Positions 56,957 through 64,000 of a stretch of DNA of 64,000 bases are shown piece by piece; positions within the stretch are counted from its first letter, which is position 1, and each line of letters starts with the position of its first letter. This DNA comes from a virus: positions 8,256 through 72,255 of the IMG/VR virus record IMGVR_UViG_3300004369_000010. One strand, given 5' to 3'. Position numbers and translations under genes: made by a program. The notes below the pieces were generated by a model. That model saw only the letters and a list, made by a program, of their open reading frames with translations, was not told where the DNA came from and did not search any database.

Positions 56957-56983
56957 AACGACAGGTTCCGGAAGGAGAACAAC

Positions 56984-57391
56984 ATGAAGAACCTCACGCA
57001 AGTCACCATCAACCTCATCAAGGCTCGCGAAGCCCTGGAGGCCGCCAAGCAAGCCGAAGCAGTCGCACAGGCCGAACTCAAGGAAGCCTACGCACAGAAG
57101 GGCATCACCTTCAATGTCGTCGACGGCCTCAAGGTTGCCCTGGAGCGCAAGGCTCGCAAGAACTACGACACCGAGGCTCTGTTCGGAATGGTGTCGGCAG
57201 AAGTGTTTGAGGCAGTCACCAAGACAGCCATTGACGGAACGCTCCTCAAGAGTGCCGTCAAGATGGGTCTCGTCACAAACGAGGTTGCCAACGCCGTTAC
57301 ACAGGCCACCGAGTACGAATCGGTGCGAGTCACCGATGTCGCCACCGGCAAGGCAGAAACAGCAACCGACAGCGACAGCGTCGCCGTCTGA
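56984..57391 (+). CDS. hypothetical protein (coiled-coil N-terminus)
   Basis: AAGGAG RBS. Confidence 0.7.
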   Translation: MKNLTQVTINLIKAREALEAAKQAEAVAQAELKEAYAQKGITFNVVDGLKVALERKARKNYDTEALFGMVSAEVFEAVTKTAIDGTLLKSAVKMGLVTNEVANAVTQATEYESVRVTDVATGKAETATDSDSVAV

Positions 57392-57472
57392 TAAATGTTG
57401 GCGGTGAGGTTGCGTACCTAGTAACCTCACCGCTACACTTCAACACACCTACTACAAATGGAAGGAACAGCA

Positions 57473-58192
57473 ATGACAACATCAACCGCAAACCTCACAG
57501 GATGCTGGAAGGACTTCGCCGACGCTCTCGCAGCAGGCATCGACCGCATCATTCTCTTCGGCCCTCCTGGGACTGGCAAGACCTACGCAGGACTCCACTA
57601 CGGAAACATCAGCGCAGGCGCACACCGACTGATCTGCTCGGAAGACATGACCAACGCAGATGTCACCGGACACTACAAGCCGAACGGTGACGCTTGGAAG
57701 TGGAACACCGGAGCCGTCATCAAGGCATGGGAAGGCGACGGCATCAACGGCGGTCGCGTCGTCGCAGACGAAATCGACAAGGCTGGAGGCGATGTTCAGT
57801 CAACGCTCCTCGCCATGTTTGACACCGTGGAAAGCGCATCATGGGAAAACCCTGAGAATGGTCGCATCGTCCGTCCCCGTCCTGGCTTCTCGGTCGTCAT
57901 GACCACGAACCTGGAACAGATGGAAGACCTTCCCACCGCACTCAAGGATCGCTTCCCGGTCGCCATTCGCATCAACGAACCGCACCCCGACGCTCTCCTC
58001 ACACTTCCCGAAGATTTGCGTGAGGCCGCACGAAAGAGTGCCGATGCCGACATGGCTCGTCGCTTCTCCATTCGTGCGTTCCAGTCGTTCGCCAAGTTGC
58101 GCGAAAGCATGGAAATCGAACGAGCATCAAAGATGATCTTCGGTCGTCAAGCCGAAGCGATCATGGACGCTCTCAAAGTGGAGGCGATCTAA
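57473..58192 (+). CDS. MoxR/CobS-like AAA+ ATPase
   Basis: GPPGTGKT, ADEIDKA, TTN, ALKDRF. Confidence 0.9.
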   Translation: MTTSTANLTGCWKDFADALAAGIDRIILFGPPGTGKTYAGLHYGNISAGAHRLICSEDMTNADVTGHYKPNGDAWKWNTGAVIKAWEGDGINGGRVVADEIDKAGGDVQSTLLAMFDTVESASWENPENGRIVRPRPGFSVVMTTNLEQMEDLPTALKDRFPVAIRINEPHPDALLTLPEDLREAARKSADADMARRFSIRAFQSFAKLRESMEIERASKMIFGRQAEAIMDALKVEAI

Positions 58193-58193
58193 C

Positions 58194-59597
58194 ATGACGA
58201 ACACTACGGAAGGCAAGGCGAGACCTATCAAGGTCTCGCCCATGCCTGAATTCTTATCTCGCAAAGATCATCGTGGAACCGCATGGACGATCACCGAAGG
58301 ACCCTCCGCACGAGGTGAAGCATCGACTGACATCCAACGATCAAGGATGCGTGTTCCTATGGGAAACGATGCCACGAGTCGTGTCATTCGCGCACACGAG
58401 ATGGTTCACGCCAAAGTGTCACCGTTGGAAGTTCCGAACGATAATCGTTACGGCGCTTCTCCCGAGTCACTTATTTGCGCCGAAGAGTTTCGTGTCAACA
58501 CTCTTGTTGCGCGAGCAGGTTTTGACACCAACGAACTCGTGGACGGATCCGAAACTAAGTCTGGTGAAATCGCTGGACAGAACAACGAATGGAACGGTGC
58601 TATTCGCACACTCACGGCCTATGCCGGTGGCAAGGCCGCATCAGCGTTCCTTCGTGGTGTGAAGAAAACAAATCCCGAGATGGAAGCATCGCTTCGCGAG
58701 TTTCAGAAACTTCTCAAGAAAAAGATGAGAAACTTAGCGAAGCATCGCAAGTTCTCCGACACGACTCCTCGCACCATAGTTCTCCCCGATGGAAGCAACT
58801 ACGACTATCCCGTAGGTTTTGAGTCGTCTATTCGACTCGCTCGTTTCGTTGACTCGTATCTCATCAGCGAGAACGAAAACGGTGAGGACGGACTTCCGCA
58901 GGAAATCCCGGACCCCGAGGAAATCAGAGACACGAGTGGCAAGCGTGGACAGTTCGCCAAACTCGTTCTCAAAGATTTGCCGAAGCCGCGCACGGTGAAT
59001 GGCAACCTCGGTCGCAAGCGACTAGCAACAGATGTTGGTCGTCATCCTCGCCGTATCAACAGAATGTTGACAGACCCCGAGCGTCGTGTGTTCGACAAGT
59101 GGAGCAAGGCAAGTGGTGGCGTAGTCGTCATTGACCAGTCTGGCTCCATGTCATTGTCACACGAAGACATCATGAACATCATTGAGTCGGCTCCCGGATG
59201 TCTCATCATTGGATACTCACACACTCCTGGCACAGAAGATCATCCGAACGCATGGGTGCTAGCGGATCGTGGCAAGGTCGTCGCAGACATGAAAGATGTT
59301 CCCCGAAACATGGGTAACGGTGTTGACGGACCGGTACTACGCTACGCAGCGAACCGTCGCAAGAAGGGCGAAGCGTTTGTCTGGGTGTGCGACGGAGTTG
59401 TCACGGACGGAGCATCGGATTCGATGTTCACAAATCTGGACATTGAGTGTGTGAAACTCGTGAAGCAACACGGTATTCACATGGTGAACGATGTTGAGGA
59501 AGCCGTGAAGCAGTTGCGGAAGGCCGCGAGTGGTCAACGCCTTCACACGAAACTCAATGGTGCTCTCGCCAGGTACGCAACACGGATCATTTCCTAA
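58194..59597 (+). CDS. CobT-like protein: HExxH domain plus VWA (MIDAS) domain
   Basis: RAHEMVH; VVIDQSGSM; VCDG. Confidence 0.8.
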   Translation: MTNTTEGKARPIKVSPMPEFLSRKDHRGTAWTITEGPSARGEASTDIQRSRMRVPMGNDATSRVIRAHEMVHAKVSPLEVPNDNRYGASPESLICAEEFRVNTLVARAGFDTNELVDGSETKSGEIAGQNNEWNGAIRTLTAYAGGKAASAFLRGVKKTNPEMEASLREFQKLLKKKMRNLAKHRKFSDTTPRTIVLPDGSNYDYPVGFESSIRLARFVDSYLISENENGEDGLPQEIPDPEEIRDTSGKRGQFAKLVLKDLPKPRTVNGNLGRKRLATDVGRHPRRINRMLTDPERRVFDKWSKASGGVVVIDQSGSMSLSHEDIMNIIESAPGCLIIGYSHTPGTEDHPNAWVLADRGKVVADMKDVPRNMGNGVDGPVLRYAANRRKKGEAFVWVCDGVVTDGASDSMFTNLDIECVKLVKQHGIHMVNDVEEAVKQLRKAASGQRLHTKLNGALARYATRIIS

Positions 59598-59647
59598 CAG
59601 GTTTGGGGGGCGGTAATCCTTCCTTCCATCCTTCCACCGTCCCCTCC

Positions 59648-59686
59648 AGAAGGGCCGTCGCTCTAACGAGTGGCGGCCCTTCTTTT
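59648..59686. terminator. intrinsic terminator
   Basis: AGAAGGGCCGTCGCTC-TAAC-GAGTGGCGGCCCTTCTTTT. Confidence 0.7.
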
Positions 59687-59691
59687 GTATG

Positions 59692-59943
59692 TCACTTCTT
59701 CTGTAATCGACTGACGGCGATCAGCATTGAGGTCGTCATCAGTACCGCGAATGAGATACCGACACACTCCCGATAAGAGATGAGGTCGGTACGACCGGCG
59801 ATCACCGTGCCAAGCCATAGGAAGAAAGCAAGGAAGGATGTCACCACGGCGACACCGAGCGGGATGGATAGCACAGTTGCCAACGGCGACGGCGACTTGT
59901 CAGGTCGCTCTCTGGGAAGTCTGGGCATTTGCTTCGTGTTCAC
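59692..59943 (-). CDS. small two-TM membrane protein
   Basis: GGAGAAGG RBS; two hydrophobic helices. Confidence 0.55.
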   Translation of the reverse strand: MNTKQMPRLPRERPDKSPSPLATVLSIPLGVAVVTSFLAFFLWLGTVIAGRTDLISYRECVGISFAVLMTTSMLIAVSRLQKK

Positions 59944-60435
59944 ACCTTCTCCTTATCTGGGCGTGTTGTCATGCTAGCGGAAGTCATTGGCTGGAGTTAG
60001 CAAAGACCCGCCGTCAACATACATTGATGAGATCGACGGCAGTACGGCAGCGGGGATCGACGAGATCGACGACAGCAGCGGAGATCGACAGCAGCCAAGC
60101 TCGCAGCCACCCCGGACCCGGAAGTCCCGACCCAATGCGAACACCTGTTCGGGTGGCGGGGCTTGCGCCGAGCAAGCTGGCAAGGTGCTTGAGATGCGGG
60201 GCTGTCAGGTTGCCCCTACTTGCGACGGTGGTGGAAGATGTCGAATAAAAGAGCTCCCCGCCAGCGGAAAGGAAACGCCGACGGGGAGCTCGTGCTGCCA
60301 CGGGCGTACCCCTTGCGGGGTAGGAGGCGACCTGGCGCACCCCACAAGGCTAGCAGTTGGCTGCTGGTCGTGTGGGAGTATGTGAAAGTCACCGACCTCG
60401 TCCGTGTGGATCGAAGCCGGTGACTTTCGTTGGAT

Positions 60436-60675
60436 TTATTTGACTGTGTAGTTGGGGAGTCCGAAGAGGAAGCCAGGACCGTTACCCTCGGGGTCTTGGG
60501 AGATTTCCAGAGGGAACTGGTTTCCTTGCTGATCTACTGCGATCAGGGTTGTCCACACATCGTCGGTGTATTCATCAACTTTGTGTTCGACGGCGACGAT
60601 GGTCAGTCCTACGGCTGAGGCGTAGTACCCCTCAGCGTATTTGAGTTCCATTTCCGTCCTCTTGTTCATGATCAT
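60436..60675 (-). CDS. hypothetical protein
   Basis: SQDPEGNGPGFLF motif; ATGA overlap. Confidence 0.6.
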   Translation of the reverse strand: MIMNKRTEMELKYAEGYYASAVGLTIVAVEHKVDEYTDDVWTTLIAVDQQGNQFPLEISQDPEGNGPGFLFGLPNYTVK

Positions 60676-60860
60676 TTTGTCACCAACCATTCGGCTCTCG
60701 GCATGAGGCTTCCAAGGAAGTCTTCTAGGGCTTCGTCGGTTCCGCATCCAGAACAGATTTCGGTTTTGTTGTCTGTTCGACTGATCGCTCCAGGGTATGC
60801 CCCCCGATCTAGGTCGTTAGGGATGCCACCGCCGCAACGGGGGCAGGTATGGGGTCTCAT
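60672..60860 (-). CDS. small zinc-finger protein
   Basis: CPRCG...AISRTDNKTEICSGCGTDEA. Confidence 0.65.
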   Translation of the reverse strand: MRPHTCPRCGGGIPNDLDRGAYPGAISRTDNKTEICSGCGTDEALEDFLGSLMPRAEWLVTK

Positions 60861-61105
60861 TGTCTGTTTCCTTTCATGAAATCGGTAATGGTGTTGTAGC
60901 CCACGGGGAGAAGGTCAAAGGTGTCTTCCCCGATGATGAGTCCGAGGGTTGATCCGTTGTCCCATTGGACATGAACTGTGTGTAGGTCGTCGATCTTGGT
61001 GATCGTGCCGTGGTCGCCCTTTTTGAGGGTGGTGTACGGGTCGCCGGTTTCGACCAGGTGTACCCGTCTGCCTTCTAGTCCCTCCCAGGGTTTTACTGTT
61101 TTCAT
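60857..61105 (-). CDS. DUF4314-like protein
   Basis: GRRVHLV...DPY..L..G..GTI..IDD..TVHVQWDNGSTLGLI.GED. Confidence 0.8.
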   Translation of the reverse strand: MKTVKPWEGLEGRRVHLVETGDPYTTLKKGDHGTITKIDDLHTVHVQWDNGSTLGLIIGEDTFDLLPVGYNTITDFMKGNRQ

Positions 61106-61281
61106 GCCGTTCTCCTTTCGTGTGGCTACATGGGATTGTACGGATTTACCTGACCGCTATCAACTTATGGGGCTGTGGCGTTTGTCACAAAAAATCCCCT
61201 CACAAAGGTTGGACTTCGCTCCGTTAGGTGTGTATCTTCACAGGTGTCAGATAAATCTGACCATTAGCAAGGAGGTAATAA

Positions 61282-61596
61282 ATGGACGATGTCATGATCG
61301 ACCGCCTCAGCGAAATCGCTGAGGAACACAACCTAGAAGAAGCCGCATTCGTTGGCTTCTGCGATAACCAGCACATCACCGCCGACGAAGCCGAGGACGC
61401 CGTGAAGGACTTTGAGGATGCCTACATCGGTGAGTTCTCATCGGAAGAGGCATTCGCCGAATACTGGGTCATGGACGAAATGGGTGCGACTGTTGAGAGC
61501 ATCGTTCTCCGTCACATCGACTGGTCGGACGTGTGGCATTGCGAACTGCGCCACGACTTCTATGAAGTTGATGGTCACTACTTCCGAAACATCTGA
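61282..61596 (+). CDS. ardA: ArdA-like antirestriction protein (short form)
   Basis: very acidic; FEDAYIGEFSSEEAFAE...HIDWSDVW...DFYEVDGHYFRN. Confidence 0.75.
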   Translation: MDDVMIDRLSEIAEEHNLEEAAFVGFCDNQHITADEAEDAVKDFEDAYIGEFSSEEAFAEYWVMDEMGATVESIVLRHIDWSDVWHCELRHDFYEVDGHYFRNI

Positions 61597-61718
61597 CTTT
61601 TCGGATGGAGAGGATCACACCCTGATCCTCTCCATCCGTTGTCAGGAAGTAACGCCGCACAGGTTGTTACTAAGGTCTCACACAGATAAAGTCACAGGTG
61701 TAACGAAAGGAACCTACT

Positions 61719-61904
61719 ATGAACGACACCTACAGAGTAATCAGAGTTGATGGACACACCATCGACGTCGCAACCAAAGCAGAAGCAATAACAACCGCCT
61801 ACGACACCTTCATCAACAGCGGACTCGGAAGCGAAATCTGGGTCATCAAAGACAACATCGACACACTCGTCACCTGGTTGCCTTTTACAACCGTGACAGC
61901 CTGA
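61719..61904 (+). CDS. hypothetical protein
   Basis: GAAAGGA RBS. Confidence 0.55.
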   Translation: MNDTYRVIRVDGHTIDVATKAEAITTAYDTFINSGLGSEIWVIKDNIDTLVTWLPFTTVTA

Positions 61905-61915
61905 AAGGAACAAAC

Positions 61916-62266
61916 ATGAAAAGCGCACTTTACGAAAAGACACGAGAAGCCCTCAAAGGCGGAAAGATCATCGGAGATGGTCACACCATCTACAGCCCGA
62001 CCTTCTACGCCCCCTACTTCACCGAAGCAGAGTTGGAGGAAGCCGGTCTCGTCCGTCGATACACATCGGACACCTCATCAAGCAAGTCCACTATCTACGA
62101 CCCCGAGAAAGGTGAACCCGTTGATTATGTGGACGGTGTTTACAACCTGACTTTCCTGACTTGGCTTGCCGCCGAACTCGGAGTCACCGACTACCGAGAG
62201 TGCTTCGGGCGAGGCTCGCAGGCTCAGGTGATCGTCTCAGCGATCATGGAAGTAATGGACTTCTAA
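61916..62266 (+). CDS. hypothetical protein
   Basis: GAAAGGA RBS. Confidence 0.6.
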   Translation: MKSALYEKTREALKGGKIIGDGHTIYSPTFYAPYFTEAELEEAGLVRRYTSDTSSSKSTIYDPEKGEPVDYVDGVYNLTFLTWLAAELGVTDYRECFGRGSQAQVIVSAIMEVMDF

Positions 62267-62350
62267 TAAATCTGAAATAAGAGTTGCGACTGTTATGAAA
62301 TGTCGCTACGATCAAACCCAGTAACCACTAAGGCATACAAGGAGGAAGAA

Positions 62351-63112
62351 ATGCCGAACCATTGCTACAACACCACAGAGTTCCGTGGACCCAAAGAAGA
62401 AATCGACCAGATCATCCACATCATCCAGGGTGGCGACCGGCGACCCGAACTCCACGAACAGGAAACCGACACAGAGAAGTTCGGTCTGAAGAACCTCGTC
62501 CCCATGCCCGCAGACTTGGCAACCACCGTCTCGGGAAGTACCTCACTCCCTGATTGGTACATGACGGCTCTTGCTTCTGGCGAAATCACCCAAGAGGAGT
62601 TCGACAAAGCAGAAGCCACCATGAAAGAGCGACGAGACAAGTACGCCACCAACCAAGAAAAGTACGGATACACGAACTGGTACGACTGGGCGTGCGCCGA
62701 AGAAAACTGGGGAACCAAGTGGGGCGACTACGACCACTTCTGCGACTCAGGCGACGAAGCCATTGAGATAACCGGCGGCTGGTACATCTCCTACTCCTAC
62801 AACACAGCATGGGGACCTTTCTCCGATACTTTCTGGACAAAGGTGTCACTCATGTTCCCGAACACGATCATCTCAACTTCCTACGAAGAGTCAGGTATGT
62901 GTTTCATGGGGGCTATCGCAGTCAAGAACGGCGAAATCGTCACCACCTACCAAGAGAACTTCTTTCCCGATTTCCCCGACAGCGACGGTGAGAACTTCGA
63001 CGAACTCTATTGCGAGTACCTGGAAAAAGTAACCGAACGCCGTGAAGGACTTTCCGACATGGTATTTGAGCAACTCATAGATCAACTCAACACAAGAAAG
63101 GCAGGTATCTGA
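62351..63112 (+). CDS. YubB/Api92 ferredoxin-like (DUF1281) protein
   Basis: MPNHCYN, LVPMP, NWYDW...NWGTKW, YNTAWGP, YEESG. Confidence 0.8.
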   Translation: MPNHCYNTTEFRGPKEEIDQIIHIIQGGDRRPELHEQETDTEKFGLKNLVPMPADLATTVSGSTSLPDWYMTALASGEITQEEFDKAEATMKERRDKYATNQEKYGYTNWYDWACAEENWGTKWGDYDHFCDSGDEAIEITGGWYISYSYNTAWGPFSDTFWTKVSLMFPNTIISTSYEESGMCFMGAIAVKNGEIVTTYQENFFPDFPDSDGENFDELYCEYLEKVTERREGLSDMVFEQLIDQLNTRKAGI

Positions 63113-63113
63113 A

Positions 63114-63653
63114 ATGGGATACTACGTACACACAGAAGGAAGCAACTTCCACATCAAGAAGGAAAACTTCGATGCCGCATTTGAGCGTGCTTGCGAACTC
63201 AACAAACACGATGAACTGAAGAGTGGTGGCACAATCGGAGGTGACGGCGTGCGAGCACGCTGGTTCTCTTGGGTTGCCGAAGACTACGACAAGACTTGTA
63301 CGACACTCGCACAAGTATTCGATCAGTTCCGACTGGAACCCGTGTATTACAACGGCGACATCGTGGAGATCACATTTGACTCCAAGATCGGTGACGAGGA
63401 CTTGCTTCTCGCATACATCGCACCTTTCGTAGAGGACGGCTCCTACATTGAGTGGCGAGGAGAAGAGGGTGAGCGTTGGCGACACATCTTCCAGAATGGC
63501 GTGATGAAAACATCACACGCCGTTATCACTTTCCCCGAACCCGAGGAGTTCTCTAAGGTTGATTATCGGATAGTGGACGGAAAGGTCGTCCCCTATGTCA
63601 TCAACTACAACCCCGAGACTCAGACTTTCCGAAGCAGCATGGTGGATAGGTGA
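63114..63653 (+). CDS. hypothetical protein
   Basis: IAPFVEDGSYIEWRGEEGERWR motif. Confidence 0.7.
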   Translation: MGYYVHTEGSNFHIKKENFDAAFERACELNKHDELKSGGTIGGDGVRARWFSWVAEDYDKTCTTLAQVFDQFRLEPVYYNGDIVEITFDSKIGDEDLLLAYIAPFVEDGSYIEWRGEEGERWRHIFQNGVMKTSHAVITFPEPEEFSKVDYRIVDGKVVPYVINYNPETQTFRSSMVDR

Positions 63654-63658
63654 CGTCC

Positions 63659-63823
63659 ATGACTGGCGAACTGTTCACCGACACCTACGAGGACGGTGCG
63701 CCTCGCCTCTCATGGGGCGAGCTGGCACTACTCACTCACACCAAGCAAGTCGAACTGTTCGGCTTCTGCGGGTGCGAGGACAACCAAGCATGGTACGACG
63801 ACTGTCCGAAAGGGGATAACTGA
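63659..63823 (+). CDS. hypothetical 54-aa protein
   Basis: MTGELFTDTYEDG...FGFCGCED...YDDCP. Confidence 0.45.
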   Translation: MTGELFTDTYEDGAPRLSWGELALLTHTKQVELFGFCGCEDNQAWYDDCPKGDN

Positions 63824-64000
63824 TGACGGTGGTGGAAGACCGCTAAATAGTTAGAAACTTTCCAACTGAGGTTGCCATTTGCGTAGCCGCACCATAAAAT
63901 GACCTTTCTCCTACTACCGAAAGGAAACACAATGATTACTGCCACATCCATCTACGACCGCTTCATCCGAGAAGCCCACGAACTCGCCATCAGCCTGACC

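Noticed and set aside
1-64000. Integrase, reverse transcriptase/DGR, introns, inteins or stop-codon recoding
   Set aside because: No such motifs seen; TerL, helicase and portal are uninterrupted and genes read normally in code 11

Overview
A 64 kb segment of a large tailed dsDNA phage with a contractile tail (myovirus). The host is probably actinobacterial: many leaderless TTGACA-N17-TANNNT promoters, an actinobacterial-type SSB and a DUF732 lipoprotein. From 0-19 kb (minus strand) lie tail fibre/receptor-binding proteins, baseplate, tape measure, a tail chaperone with a hidden -1 frameshift extension, tube, sheath and neck genes. From 19-31.7 kb (minus) lie an ADP-ribosylhydrolase-phosphatase fusion, a glycosyltransferase, a ParB/PAPS-reductase pair, dCMP deaminase, RuvC-like, HNH, Cas4/RecB-like and Rad52-like genes, and TerL. 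From 31.8-38.6 kb (plus) lie a portal-MuF fusion, a Zeta-kinase/ADP-ribosyltransferase effector, a lipoprotein and a C5 methyltransferase spread over three reading frames. At 38.7-40.5 kb is an extreme A/C-skewed cassette and a skew switch (possible origin or terminus). From 40.5-64 kb is an early/accessory region of small genes, many with their own promoter: tRNA-Ile(UAU), a structured ncRNA candidate, MazG, SSB, DUF932, SLT, SNF2 helicase, MoxR/VWA and ArdA. The best candidate for a new system is a virion-linked writer/eraser pair (kinase+ART beside the portal-MuF gene versus ARH+phosphatase), plus a 17-aa DxDxDGxVQxxTxxERP tag shared by the effector and a histone-like protein. No major capsid or small terminase gene was recognised. 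All calls come from motif reading by eye; no database searches were run.
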